Notes under the pieces: model-generated
Told to the model about the DNA's origin: nothing
What the model saw: the letters and a program-made list of their open reading frames with translations, nothing else
Databases searched by the model: none
In this document: piece after piece, positions 37,906 to 47,553 of the stretch
Layout: each line of letters opens with the position of its first letter
How positions within the stretch are numbered: the stretch's first letter is position 1
Program-made: the position numbers and the translations under genes
Source: a phage
Sequence record: PZ445432.1
Length of the DNA stretch: 64,000 bases
Reading direction: 5' to 3' (one strand)

Positions 37906-37936
37906 TCCTCCAAAATTAGTATAATGGTACTGGTTA
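37906..37936 (+). promoter_or_regulatory. sigma70 promoter (TTGAAA, 17-bp spacer, TATAAT)
   Basis: ttgaaattttcctccaaaattagtataat. Confidence 0.5.
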
Positions 37937-37950
37937 GAGGAGGTTACAAA

Positions 37951-38607
37951 TTGGAAAAGTTCTTACAATTATTAACAGTACTGCTCCAAGAAGCGAAAGA
38001 CCCAGCATCGCTTCTTAAACGTCTGCTAACTATCTTAGTTGCTGTCATTATTTTCTTATTTGTTAGTAATACTAGTGAGGTGATGTCATTCTTAAAGACT
38101 TTCTCCACGTCTGCGGTTCTACAGGATGTTCAAACTCAAAGGATAAGTAATTTTCCTAACGTAGCTAGAGAAAAGAGCATGGTGCTTTTTTCCCAAACGG
38201 GTGCGGATGCTGTTTTTGTAGTCAAGTATAAACCCGATGCCATTAATGATTATTCTAACATTATTGCATGGGAAAGCAATGCGCAATTAGATAGGGCTGA
38301 CTTGGCTGATAAAGCGGTAAATAAGACGTCTGAGCTATATAGACGTCACTTAGACGGCTTTAACTACGCATCGGATTTAAGTGTAAAAGTAAATAAATAC
38401 ATGGGGTTAAATATACCTGCGTTTAAGAACGTTACTTTTAATTACATATACACTTGTCCGTATTTCAATCTAAACAATATCTATGCTGGATATATTGGTA
38501 TTGCTTGGAAAGATAATCCTGTAGATACAGCTGATTCTGAACAGTTCAAGGAATATTTAGCAAAGCTCTGTTCCCCACAACAGAGATCTTTAGGTAGGTC
38601 AATATGA
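37951..38607 (+). CDS. holin-like membrane protein
   Basis: TTG start 7 nt after GAGGAGG; TM helix LLTILVAVIIFLFV; immediately upstream of and overlapping the endolysin gene. Confidence 0.5.
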   Translation: MEKFLQLLTVLLQEAKDPASLLKRLLTILVAVIIFLFVSNTSEVMSFLKTFSTSAVLQDVQTQRISNFPNVAREKSMVLFSQTGADAVFVVKYKPDAINDYSNIIAWESNAQLDRADLADKAVNKTSELYRRHLDGFNYASDLSVKVNKYMGLNIPAFKNVTFNYIYTCPYFNLNNIYAGYIGIAWKDNPVDTADSEQFKEYLAKLCSPQQRSLGRSI

Positions 38608-39017
38608 GTTTTAAATTTAGTAAAAGAAGTTTAGATAGATTAAAGGGTGTTCATCCAGATTTAGTAAAAGTAACTCATAGAGCTTTAGAATTAAGCCCAT
38701 ATGATTTTACTATTACAGAAGGATTACGTTCCTTAGAACAAAGCGCCCAAAATATTAAGAATGGAACCTCGTTTTTAAAAGACCCGAGCAAGTCAAAACA
38801 CGTACAAGGGCTGGCTGTTGACTTTGCTCCTCTTAAAAATGGGGAGATTGATTGGAATGATTTAGAATCATTCAAATTAGTGGCAGATGCCTTCTTTAAG
38901 GCAGCAGAAGAGCTAGGAGTAAAGATTAGATGGGGTGGTGATTGGAACCAGAACGGAAGTTATAAGGATGAAATCCAACGTGGTACTTTTGATGGCCCAC
39001 ATATAGAATTGATTTAA
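38604..39017 (+). CDS. lys: endolysin, L-alanyl-D-glutamate peptidase (M15-like)
   Basis: 137 aa; H..GLAVDF and DGPHIEL zinc-peptidase motifs; matches T5 endolysin size and family. Confidence 0.8.
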   Translation: MSFKFSKRSLDRLKGVHPDLVKVTHRALELSPYDFTITEGLRSLEQSAQNIKNGTSFLKDPSKSKHVQGLAVDFAPLKNGEIDWNDLESFKLVADAFFKAAEELGVKIRWGGDWNQNGSYKDEIQRGTFDGPHIELI

Positions 39018-39026
39018 GTAAAATAC

Positions 39027-39051
39027 GGCGGGAATACTCCCGCCTTTTTAG
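39027..39051 (+). terminator. rho-independent terminator
   Basis: ggcgggaatactcccgcc followed by ttttt. Confidence 0.7.
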
Positions 39052-39092
39052 GCAAAGGGGGCTTTAATAACTTTTGAAGATAGGAGAAAGCC

Positions 39093-39509
39093 ATGTTTGC
39101 AGAACTATTCACTACGATGCTGCTAGGTATCTGGAAAATAAGTCTAGTAGTATTCGTTTTAATAATAGTCTTTACTATCCTTGCACTAACTACCAGAAAT
39201 ATCTTATTAATAAAGATTACTCATGGACTAGAGTATATAATTATGGGTTCATTCGGCGTTTGTAAATGCAATTGCCATAGAGATACGAAATATTGTTGGT
39301 TATGGATGGAACTAGAGAATCCTATATCCATAGCTTTGGCTGTTTCATTCGGTATGATTCTTATGGCCCTTACTCTAGCATTAATACCTTTGATGTTAGC
39401 TGGGGGAGTTACAGCGTATTTCACCCTTTTATCCCCGATACTTATGTACTCAATTTACCCAATAACTATGTATCTAGTTAGGAAAAGATTTATACATGCA
39501 GTAGATTAA
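39093..39509 (+). CDS. multi-pass membrane protein
   Basis: several hydrophobic helices; AGGAG RBS. Confidence 0.5.
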   Translation: MFAELFTTMLLGIWKISLVVFVLIIVFTILALTTRNILLIKITHGLEYIIMGSFGVCKCNCHRDTKYCWLWMELENPISIALAVSFGMILMALTLALIPLMLAGGVTAYFTLLSPILMYSIYPITMYLVRKRFIHAVD

Positions 39510-39514
39510 GATAA

Positions 39515-39553
39515 AAAAGTAGTTGACTTTTAGCCCTAGTTATTATATAATAT
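39515..39553 (+). promoter_or_regulatory. sigma70 promoter (TTGACT, TATAAT)
   Basis: agttgacttttagccctagttattatataat. Confidence 0.5.
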
Positions 39554-39584
39554 ATACATAAATTAGTTAAGAGAGGTATATATT

Positions 39585-39992
39585 ATGTCTGATCGTTTCT
39601 ATACTCAAATGGCGGAACATTATAACATGGCTCCATATGAGTTGAACATCGCATTACGTGACCTCGATTCACCAGAGCGTAAAAAACTTGAGAAGAAGGC
39701 AGGAACTACTATGTCTAAAGGCAAAAAGTTAACTCGTCTTGATCTTAATAAAATTTTAACTGAACTTTTGGGTACTGATATTGAAGGTGCTAAATTACCG
39801 CTTCTTGTACTAGAGACTATGATTAAAAAGGTCAAAAATAAAGAATATAAGAAGGTAGAAGTCCCAGAAGGCAGATTAAAGGCTCCTTATCAGGAAGCAT
39901 TAACCGAGTGTTTGGGTGTAAATCTTGATCTGAGCACCGCAACCGTAAAAACTATGAAAAACTTCTTAGAGGCCATTAATAACTATGAGTAA
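39585..39992 (+). CDS. hypothetical protein
   Basis: ORF from track. Confidence 0.5.
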   Translation: MSDRFYTQMAEHYNMAPYELNIALRDLDSPERKKLEKKAGTTMSKGKKLTRLDLNKILTELLGTDIEGAKLPLLVLETMIKKVKNKEYKKVEVPEGRLKAPYQEALTECLGVNLDLSTATVKTMKNFLEAINNYE

Positions 39993-40275
39993 ATTAGTAT
40001 ATCTATTAAAAGGTTCCACGTGTCGTCCTTGTGCTCTTTTCGAGCCAGTATTTGATAAAGTAGTCAATGAGTATAATTTGGAAGTCCATAAAGAGACTGA
40101 TAATACAGAATTAATGCAGAAATTTGGCGTACGCCAAGTTCCTGTAGTAGTTCTGGCGGATCGCTTACCTAATGGTCGAGTAGAAGCTAATCATATTTTG
40201 ATTGGACGTCAGCTTCGTAAAGAAACTATGCACGAAGCTATTAAAAATTTCCTGGATGATAATCCAGAAGGTTAA
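39985..40275 (+). CDS. thioredoxin/glutaredoxin-like (NrdH-like) protein
   Basis: CRPC redox motif near the N-terminus, ~96 aa. Confidence 0.55.
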   Translation: MSKLVYLLKGSTCRPCALFEPVFDKVVNEYNLEVHKETDNTELMQKFGVRQVPVVVLADRLPNGRVEANHILIGRQLRKETMHEAIKNFLDDNPEG

Positions 40276-40281
40276 TAAACC

Positions 40282-40315
40282 AAGCCTGATCTTAGCGGAT
40301 CAGGCTTTTATTTTA
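40282..40315 (+). terminator. rho-independent terminator
   Basis: aagcctgatc...gatcaggctt hairpin followed by ttatttt. Confidence 0.65.
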
Positions 40316-40347
40316 CTTGCTTTTTGCTAAAAATTTTGGTATAATAC
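40310..40347 (+). promoter_or_regulatory. conserved early sigma70 promoter
   Basis: acttgctttttgctaaaaattttggtataat. Confidence 0.5.
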
Positions 40348-40402
40348 TTATATAAATTGATAAGAAGGCTATCTACGCACTACAAAAAATAGGAGTATTC
40401 CA

Positions 40403-40780
40403 ATGAACTATGCATATCTAATTATTAATAATAACGTAGTTTGTGGTACTCGCGCTGTTGAGATGGGTATTACAGAAGAAGAGTATAAGTCACTTCCAGA
40501 AAAGGAACAACAATATTATGTTGAAGAAGCTGCTTGGGAGTATGCTGAGGTTTATCCCGAACAACGTGAAGATCGCGTTACTATTGTTGTTTCTTTGGGG
40601 CTGGTTGGCTGTGATACCGAAGTTGATACAGACCTAGAGACTTTAGAGGAGTGGGAAGAGTTAGATATTTCAGCTAAAAACTCCTTAATCCGTGAAGCCT
40701 TTTGGGAAGCTGTAGATTGCCACGTAGTATTTGAGCCTAATGATGAAGAGGCTGAAAAACATACTAACCATTGGAGATAA
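40403..40780 (+). CDS. hypothetical acidic protein
   Basis: ORF from track. Confidence 0.5.
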   Translation: MNYAYLIINNNVVCGTRAVEMGITEEEYKSLPEKEQQYYVEEAAWEYAEVYPEQREDRVTIVVSLGLVGCDTEVDTDLETLEEWEELDISAKNSLIREAFWEAVDCHVVFEPNDEEAEKHTNHWR

Positions 40781-40784
40781 TTAA

Positions 40785-41030
40785 ATGTTAGCAGAGCGAG
40801 CAAAACGTTTAGCTAGGGTTAATAGAGCTGCTCTTCTCAAGAGCAGGAAGAAATCATATAAGTATGTTAAAAGACGGATTATAGCTTCTGTAGAGGCTGG
40901 AGGTTCTTATGTGCAGTTTAACCGTGACGAAATTAGTTATGAAGCTATAAAAGCCCTCAATAAAGATGGTTATACTCTCAAACTATCTAATGAGTATGGC
41001 ACAACTATTTTAACTGTTATTTGGGAATAA
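40785..41030 (+). CDS. hypothetical protein
   Basis: ORF from track. Confidence 0.45.
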   Translation: MLAERAKRLARVNRAALLKSRKKSYKYVKRRIIASVEAGGSYVQFNRDEISYEAIKALNKDGYTLKLSNEYGTTILTVIWE

Positions 41031-41032
41031 TT

Positions 41033-41884
41033 ATGAAAAAAGAATTTAATGTACATAAAACTCTAGTAGTGCCAGATGATGCCAACTTGTTTTTCGTTGG
41101 TGATATTCATGGGTGCAACGATTTGCTAGAAGATGCACTACAATTAGCTGGCTATAACGGCAAGAAAGATTGCGTTGTATGCGTAGGGGATTTAATTGAC
41201 CGAGGCACGCAGAACCTACAAGTTTTAGCCAAATTCCTGTATAATCCACGCTTTATCAGTGTCCGTGGTAATCATGACCAATTTATGATTGTGGGAGATT
41301 GGGCTAACTGGATGTATAACGGTGGTATGTGGGCTATGAATGAACTAGATGCAGATACCATTAAAAATATTGCCGAAGACATGGCTGAAAAAATGCCAGT
41401 ATTCCTAACTGTTAAACATCGTGGCAAGAAGTATGGTGTTGTTCACGGTGCGGTTCCCTACAGGCATAAAGGGGATAATAACATATCTAAAATCCCAAAT
41501 TGGGACACTCTTATTCTGGAGGCAGAGCAGGCCAAAGGGCTTGATTTAGCAGATATTATAGACGATGCTCTATGGGATAGGGATGTGATCCAAGATGTAT
41601 TTTCCCATATGTCTGAGGATGCTGACCACCCGTATTTTCAAAGATATGCTGGACTTCCAGAAAACTTAATTAATCACATTCCTAAGGTAGAAGGAGTAGA
41701 ATTCGTATTTCACGGGCATACTGGAGTTCCTTACCCAATATTATATAAGAACCGTGTCTATCTTGATACTGGCGGTGTTTTCAACGGGCAGTTGACGGTT
41801 GCGCAGGTTAATGATGAAACTGGCAAAATCACCACATTTACCACAGACAAAAATGATAGCTGCGGTGTACAGAGGGTTCTTTAA
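41033..41884 (+). CDS. Ser/Thr protein phosphatase (calcineurin-like metallophosphoesterase)
   Basis: GDIHG, GDLIDRG and GNHD motifs. Confidence 0.75.
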   Translation: MKKEFNVHKTLVVPDDANLFFVGDIHGCNDLLEDALQLAGYNGKKDCVVCVGDLIDRGTQNLQVLAKFLYNPRFISVRGNHDQFMIVGDWANWMYNGGMWAMNELDADTIKNIAEDMAEKMPVFLTVKHRGKKYGVVHGAVPYRHKGDNNISKIPNWDTLILEAEQAKGLDLADIIDDALWDRDVIQDVFSHMSEDADHPYFQRYAGLPENLINHIPKVEGVEFVFHGHTGVPYPILYKNRVYLDTGGVFNGQLTVAQVNDETGKITTFTTDKNDSCGVQRVL

Positions 41885-42171
41885 TGAATGATAGAATGAA
41901 AGAAGTACAAGAAGAGTTACGAGCAATGCGTATTGATGCCCTTCGTTGGAGGGCATTAGTTAATGCTTTCGTAAAAGGAGATACCGGAGTAATATATTCT
42001 GGAATAGCAGTCAATTTTTGTTTTAATTCTCCTGCTGAAATAGAGATAGAAACAAGGCTTACTACCTTCCTTAATGAGGTAGACCTTAAGGAAGGAGAGA
42101 CTCCCGAGGAGTTTAAAACTAGAGTATTAACTACCTGGGTTGATAATTTAATACAAAAAAGGAGTAAGTGA
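41884..42171 (+). CDS. hypothetical protein
   Basis: ORF from track. Confidence 0.45.
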   Translation: MNDRMKEVQEELRAMRIDALRWRALVNAFVKGDTGVIYSGIAVNFCFNSPAEIEIETRLTTFLNEVDLKEGETPEEFKTRVLTTWVDNLIQKRSK

Positions 42172-42761
42172 TGAGGGTTAAATTCTGGTCAGACTTGCAC
42201 TTAGACCACCCTGGAGCACTACGTTTCCGTCCGTGGTTTAAGAACATGAAAGAGCACGATGAGTATATTCTAGATACTTTGTCCAAGCATATTGGTAAAC
42301 GAACAAAACTTATTTTGCTAGGAGATATTGCAGTAGGTCGTGAAGGTCTGGCCAAATTAAAGTCGGTTATCCACAATGTCCCTAATCAACTCATTATGGG
42401 TAATCATGATGCGGAGCGTCAAGGACTGAGTATTAGGGACTTAGCGGAAGTTTATGACGATATTCAAGCTCTAGGCAAACAGACTGGAGGTGGCAAAAAG
42501 TTTTGGCTATCTCATTGCCCTTTGCACCCCAATGAGCTTCGGGGCAAATTAAATATTCACGGACACGTACATGCTACTTCTATACGTGACCCTCGTTACA
42601 TCAATGTCTCATTTGAAATGAGCAAAACTCCTATTCCTCTAGAAGATATTGTATCAGGTAAGTTTACTAGCTATGATAGAGTAGTTAATTGTACTACTGG
42701 CGAAGTATTACAAATAGGGGAAGATGTAGCTGCTGTATTACGTGGCGATATAAATGTCTAA
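42168..42761 (+). CDS. calcineurin-like metallophosphoesterase
   Basis: SDLHLD, GDIA and GNHD motifs. Confidence 0.65.
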   Translation: MMRVKFWSDLHLDHPGALRFRPWFKNMKEHDEYILDTLSKHIGKRTKLILLGDIAVGREGLAKLKSVIHNVPNQLIMGNHDAERQGLSIRDLAEVYDDIQALGKQTGGGKKFWLSHCPLHPNELRGKLNIHGHVHATSIRDPRYINVSFEMSKTPIPLEDIVSGKFTSYDRVVNCTTGEVLQIGEDVAAVLRGDINV

Positions 42762-42849
42762 GTATATAGCTGGGGCTATAATTAAACGAGTCATACAAGC
42801 AGTAGCAATACTTATAATCATTTGTATTGCTATTGGTACAGGACTAGGC

Positions 42850-42890
42850 ATTTTAATTAAAAGTTTTATTTGCTAAAATGCCTAAGTTTC
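42850..42890 (+). promoter_or_regulatory. conserved early sigma70 promoter
   Basis: aaaagttttatttgctaaaatg...ctgtataat. Confidence 0.55.
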
Positions 42891-42928
42891 TGTATAATTA
42901 CTTTATAAATTGATGAGAGGGAAACAAA

Positions 42929-43360
42929 ATGAACAAAGTAGATAAAGCTCTAGTTTTTGCAGCAGCAGATAAGTTTGAACAAGTTAAAGCTACTTTCCGA
43001 ACCCTGTTCCAGTCTTACGTTCAGGATAAGTCTAATCCTATTTCTGAACGCTTGATGGTTTGGGAGTGTCATGCTTGCAATGCCTTGCTAATTGCTGATT
43101 ACCGTAGTGATATAGATAAAGATCTTTGTGAAATCCTTATCCCCGAGGAAGCAGAACGTTATCAGTTAATCTCTTTTCAAGATTTAGCAGAACAGATCAT
43201 CCCTGATGATCTTTGGGACAAGTATTATGGTGATCCTGAAGACGAAGGAATGACTCCAGAAGCATGTATTGAACTGATCTGCAAAGATCATCCTGAAATT
43301 GCAGAAAAATTTGAGAAAGTTTTTGTTTCTGAGTTCTCCGGTGTTGTTAACGATTGGTAA
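42929..43360 (+). CDS. hypothetical protein
   Basis: ORF from track. Confidence 0.5.
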   Translation: MNKVDKALVFAAADKFEQVKATFRTLFQSYVQDKSNPISERLMVWECHACNALLIADYRSDIDKDLCEILIPEEAERYQLISFQDLAEQIIPDDLWDKYYGDPEDEGMTPEACIELICKDHPEIAEKFEKVFVSEFSGVVNDW

Positions 43361-43367
43361 GTAATTA

Positions 43368-43408
43368 AAAAATTCAGTTGCTTCAAGCCTTAAAATTCTG
43401 TATAATAA
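43368..43408 (+). promoter_or_regulatory. conserved early sigma70 promoter
   Basis: aaaaaattcagttgcttcaag...ctgtataat. Confidence 0.55.
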
Positions 43409-43438
43409 GTTCATAAATTAATGAGAGAGGAAATTCTA

Positions 43439-43717
43439 ATGGAAAACATGACTAAAGACTTCGACGCCTCTAACCTTACCAAGACTGAAATGGCCAATGT
43501 ATTAGCAATTCTCCTCGACATGCAAGGATTTGAGGGGCAACTGATGAAAATGTCTATTCCGGCGATGAAGAAGATGTATGATTCTCTTAACAAGAACGCC
43601 ATGGCCTTTAACTTAGCAAAACAAGAGGCACGCTTTGCTAAGGAGCACCAAGCAGTGGCAGAACGCCGAGCAGCTAGCTTTGAGCGTGAAGTTAAGCAAT
43701 TAAAGAAAAAATGCTAA
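43439..43717 (+). CDS. hypothetical protein
   Basis: second ATG directly after GAGAGAGG RBS. Confidence 0.5.
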   Translation: MENMTKDFDASNLTKTEMANVLAILLDMQGFEGQLMKMSIPAMKKMYDSLNKNAMAFNLAKQEARFAKEHQAVAERRAASFEREVKQLKKKC

Positions 43718-44247
43718 CACAAGAAAGATTAAAAGAGCTATTTGAATACCGCCCGGAAACGGGCGAGTTTATTAGATTAGTAAGTATAGGTAATCAAAAA
43801 GCTGGTAGTACTGCTGGCTGTCTAAGAAAGACTGGGTATATAGAAATAAGAGTAGATAAAGTAGGCTACAAAGCACATCGACTAGCCTTCCTCTATATGG
43901 AAGGTTATATTCCCGAAGTAATAGACCACGTAAATCGTATACGGAGTGATAATAGGTGGGCTAACCTTAGAGAATCTAATAACCAAGAAAATTCTAGAAA
44001 TAGAACAGCAAGGAGCAAATCATGGTATTTGGGAATCTTTTGGCATAAACAAAAGCAAAAATGGGAAGTAAGGGTTGTAGATTCGTACAAAAAGTTAGTG
44101 CATGGTGGGTATTTTGATTTTCTAGATCTAGAATTAGCGGTTCAAAGAGCTAATGAACTACGTTTAGAACTACATGGGCCTAACGCTGTTATAGAAACTT
44201 TTGATCATACAAAACCCTTACCTACTTTAGAGGAATTAAATAAATGA
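43711..44247 (+). CDS. HNH homing endonuclease
   Basis: IDHVNRIRSDNRWANLRE HNH signature; N-terminus paralogous to ORFs at 15514, 23195 and 59791. Confidence 0.7.
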   Translation: MLTQERLKELFEYRPETGEFIRLVSIGNQKAGSTAGCLRKTGYIEIRVDKVGYKAHRLAFLYMEGYIPEVIDHVNRIRSDNRWANLRESNNQENSRNRTARSKSWYLGIFWHKQKQKWEVRVVDSYKKLVHGGYFDFLDLELAVQRANELRLELHGPNAVIETFDHTKPLPTLEELNK

Positions 44248-44525
44248 TTACAGAAATTCTTATTGGGTTACTAGTTCTTACTACACTAGTAGCGATTGGC
44301 GGAGTTATTGGGATTGTGAATGCACGAAAAAACATGGAAAATATGCTCATTACTAATGATGGGCTACACCACCGCTTGCTAGAGCAAGAGCAGGATATTG
44401 AACTAGCACAGAGACGCTCAGATATTCTTAAAGAAAAATTAAATAATATAGAAGCAATAGTTGGGAATAATAAATTACCTGCTAAAGTAATGCGTACACA
44501 GATAATTACGGAGATTAAAAAATGA
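44244..44525 (+). CDS. membrane-anchored hypothetical protein
   Basis: N-terminal TM helix. Confidence 0.45.
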   Translation: MITEILIGLLVLTTLVAIGGVIGIVNARKNMENMLITNDGLHHRLLEQEQDIELAQRRSDILKEKLNNIEAIVGNNKLPAKVMRTQIITEIKK

Positions 44526-44764
44526 TGTTTATTCTAGCGTTTTATTTGATTGTGGTAGGAGTTCTGGTTACTAAGTACCATACATGGGCACCAAAGAATG
44601 TAGCTAAGGTAGCACTATTTGTTATCCCAGTTCCACTTATTATACTTTCTATGTTACTGGTGATGTTAATCGGTAAAGTGACGAAGACCGATATTAAGCG
44701 CATTGCTGACGAATTGCAACAGTCCTGTGATATGATTGAGGATATTATTAAAGATGAAACTTAA
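44522..44764 (+). CDS. small membrane protein
   Basis: two hydrophobic segments. Confidence 0.45.
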   Translation: MMFILAFYLIVVGVLVTKYHTWAPKNVAKVALFVIPVPLIILSMLLVMLIGKVTKTDIKRIADELQQSCDMIEDIIKDET

Positions 44765-45080
44765 TTTCAATGAGTTAAATACCTTGCATGAGCTGTTACA
44801 GTTTGTAAATAATAATATTAGTATTCCAGCTGACACACTAGAAGTTCTCACGGTAATCGAGAAAAAGGTAGGAATTGAAATTGAGGACTCTTGGAAACCA
44901 CTTTCTGTATTAACGCCACTCAATATGAAAGTGATTGTTAAAAATATCAATACCGGAGAAGAACGTGAGATGGTTCGTACAGAACTGGCTGATAGTTACT
45001 CTCCAACGTCTGTAGTGATGCAACATGATGGTGTTTCTGAAGTTCTACAGACAGCTAATTACGTATGGCGTCTCCCATGA
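44754..45080 (+). CDS. hypothetical protein
   Basis: internal ATG chosen. Confidence 0.45.
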   Translation: MKLNFNELNTLHELLQFVNNNISIPADTLEVLTVIEKKVGIEIEDSWKPLSVLTPLNMKVIVKNINTGEEREMVRTELADSYSPTSVVMQHDGVSEVLQTANYVWRLP

Positions 45081-45179
45081 TTGATCTAGTACCAATTACT
45101 GCGGGACTAATAGCACTATTAGTGCTCGCAGTTTTCATTATTGTGGAGCAGGCCAAAGTAATAAGGAGACTTAAAAACA

Positions 45180-45380
45180 ATGATAAAACGTCTTGTTTAT
45201 CAGACACCAAAGATTGTAACTGAGTATTTTGTATTACTGCCTCAAATTGTATTTCTAACAGCATTATTTAATATACTTTTTCGACATCTAGGAATAACAG
45301 AAAATATATTCTATACTTCTGGGTTACTTCCTTTTATGTACGAAGGCATCATTATGGCGATTAACGGGGTTCGTAAATGA
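45180..45380 (+). CDS. small membrane protein
   Basis: ORF from track. Confidence 0.35.
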   Translation: MIKRLVYQTPKIVTEYFVLLPQIVFLTALFNILFRHLGITENIFYTSGLLPFMYEGIIMAINGVRK

Positions 45381-45844
45381 CAGCGCTACAACAACTACAG
45401 AATTACTGGTTTGATAACCAATTTAACGATCTTTTCATCCAGTTGTTTGTCGAAACGAACGGACGCTTCAACTACCGATTCTTTAATAAGTTTCATGAAA
45501 CAAAATTCTCACATACAGAAATTAATGCAGCGATCCAAGACCTAACTGGTTCTAAAGTAATTCAATATCGCGAAGTAGACTTTACACCAGATTGTTTTGG
45601 GTTTGAATTGTTTAAGAAAGCATATAAGTTTGGTAAGTTTGAAGATGCTCGTCAATGGGTTCACGATTTTTGGTATAACACCGATATTGTTCCTAGTCGC
45701 GTGCTGATTCTTAACTGGATTGCTAAGCAACATCCACCTAAAATGCAATCATCCTTCTTACCGACTGCCACAGGAAACCTCTACCATGACAGAAAAGAAG
45801 AATCCATTATTGGAGCAGATGAAGGAGTGGGAGAGCAATATTGA
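45377..45844 (+). CDS. hypothetical protein
   Basis: ORF from track. Confidence 0.5.
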   Translation: MTALQQLQNYWFDNQFNDLFIQLFVETNGRFNYRFFNKFHETKFSHTEINAAIQDLTGSKVIQYREVDFTPDCFGFELFKKAYKFGKFEDARQWVHDFWYNTDIVPSRVLILNWIAKQHPPKMQSSFLPTATGNLYHDRKEESIIGADEGVGEQY

Positions 45845-46157
45845 ATCTGGTCTAATAGACGGTGAAGATATTGTTAATTCCATGTTAGAAGTAACAGTAG
45901 ATAATATTAATCCTATTTTGGAGGGAGAAACCTCAGATCTTATAGGACTCTCTAGCACATTTGATTCTTTGGCTAAATTAGCTTTAGACGATGAAGAGAT
46001 AACCAAAGAAGATCTCGCTACAGCTATGAATATGGCTATTAATGCTTACATCGGTAAACGTACTGATGAACTTGGTAAACAGATCAAAAAGCGTGATGCT
46101 ACGCTAGGTCTTATGGAAACGGCCACTATGTTACGAAGTGGTAAACAACTTCATTAA
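45786..46157 (+). CDS. hypothetical acidic protein
   Basis: internal ATG chosen; overlaps upstream ORF end. Confidence 0.5.
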   Translation: MTEKKNPLLEQMKEWESNIESGLIDGEDIVNSMLEVTVDNINPILEGETSDLIGLSSTFDSLAKLALDDEEITKEDLATAMNMAINAYIGKRTDELGKQIKKRDATLGLMETATMLRSGKQLH

Positions 46158-46164
46158 TTTTAGG

Positions 46165-46200
46165 GGGCCAGGGCTTAACTGTTCTGGCCTTTTATGTTTT
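46165..46200 (+). terminator. rho-independent terminator
   Basis: ggccagggcttaactgttctggcc followed by ttttatgtttt. Confidence 0.65.
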
Positions 46201-46213
46201 CAAGGAAATTCAA

Positions 46214-46417
46214 ATGCAAGTATATGTCCTTACTAGAGATATAAATGAGTATAATCAGGATGGTGAGTATTTTGTAAAAGTATTCGCTGAAAAGCCAAGT
46301 AAACAACAATTATTAGATGTTGGAGTACCGGAAGACCAGGCTAAGTGTTTATTACAGGATAAAGAGTTTACTGGAGATGCTTACGAATGTTTCCACCTTA
46401 GCTGTGAGACTATTTAG
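46214..46417 (+). CDS. hypothetical protein
   Basis: ORF from track. Confidence 0.45.
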   Translation: MQVYVLTRDINEYNQDGEYFVKVFAEKPSKQQLLDVGVPEDQAKCLLQDKEFTGDAYECFHLSCETI

Positions 46418-46418
46418 T

Positions 46419-46865
46419 ATGAGAGAAAAAGTAAATGAATTATTAATCGAGGAAGCTAACAACTTTCCAATAAATAGGTTCGTCAAATCAGATGGGTCTA
46501 TTAATAGAACTAAGATTAAGCAGCTACACCCCGACTTCCAGCAAGAAGCGCTAAACCTTATCTTTATCAAGAAAGCCATTGCAGCTCACGGGGCTTTCTT
46601 TGGGTATGAGCGTGTAAATTATAAAACAATGCAGCAGCAAGTCGAGATCTATTGTCCAGACCATGATGGTTATTACTGGCAAACTGCTAGATCTCATTTA
46701 GAAGGGCATGGATGTCGACTGTGCGCACACAAGGTTGTGCAGCGTGTCACGGATTATGGAACTTATACCGTACCAGCATGTTACCATAAATTTGTAATTG
46801 ACGATAATCACATAGTTTGGTATAATAAGTTTTCAAAGTTAAGAATGGAGATAAGTAGTGAGTAG
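46419..46865 (+). CDS. hypothetical Cys/His-rich protein (possible nuclease-associated domain)
   Basis: CPDHDGYYW...HLEGHGCRLC cluster; start at ATG overlapping upstream stop. Confidence 0.45.
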   Translation: MREKVNELLIEEANNFPINRFVKSDGSINRTKIKQLHPDFQQEALNLIFIKKAIAAHGAFFGYERVNYKTMQQQVEIYCPDHDGYYWQTARSHLEGHGCRLCAHKVVQRVTDYGTYTVPACYHKFVIDDNHIVWYNKFSKLRMEISSE

Positions 46866-47148
46866 CTATATTGTATGGTCAAACCCACTAGCAGCACTTA
46901 GTAACAAACTATTTAAAACAACGTGGGGGTATAATGAAATAGACTTAGGTAGTCACCCAATACCAAACAAACATCCCTTAGTTCCAGAGCTGTATAGGGT
47001 AGTGATAAATGGCGCGGAGTATTTGGTTGATAAATTTGACAGAAAACGTTTACTAGAGGGTATCTACGATAATTCTACATCAATAAATGAATTAGTAGAA
47101 CATGCCCAAATATATGATAAAAGCTGGATGTTAATATGGAGATCATAG
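46858..47148 (+). CDS. hypothetical protein
   Basis: ORF from track. Confidence 0.45.
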   Translation: MSSYIVWSNPLAALSNKLFKTTWGYNEIDLGSHPIPNKHPLVPELYRVVINGAEYLVDKFDRKRLLEGIYDNSTSINELVEHAQIYDKSWMLIWRS

Positions 47149-47360
47149 TAATTATTTTAGCAGTTATGTTGTTTATTGTAACATTTGTATCATTTGCTAT
47201 TATGCGCAGAGCTAGAGAACTAGCGGAAGATATAACAAAATTACGTGGTGAGTTGGCTGCCCTTAAACTACAGCGCGAGGCTTTAAAGTTATTTGTGGTT
47301 CAAGTAGCGTGGAGCATACAACAGAAGACTTCATCACGTATCTCAAACATTACATGGTAA
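47136..47360 (+). CDS. small membrane protein
   Basis: N-terminal TM helix. Confidence 0.4.
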   Translation: MEIIVIILAVMLFIVTFVSFAIMRRARELAEDITKLRGELAALKLQREALKLFVVQVAWSIQQKTSSRISNITW

Positions 47361-47367
47361 TTAAATA

Positions 47368-47553
47368 ATGGAAACTCTTTTTCTTTTAATGCTTGTAGGT
47401 TCCCTGCTAGTCATATTAGCACTTCTACTAATCTGCAATATTCTTAATAATAAGAATTTAGAGTTAAAGTGTGAGAACCAAATCCTTAATCGTGAACTTA
47501 AACAATATAATCTAGCAGCTCATAAACTGCTAGACAAACTGGAGAATAAATAA
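47368..47553 (+). CDS. small membrane protein
   Basis: N-terminal TM helix. Confidence 0.4.
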   Translation: METLFLLMLVGSLLVILALLLICNILNNKNLELKCENQILNRELKQYNLAAHKLLDKLENK

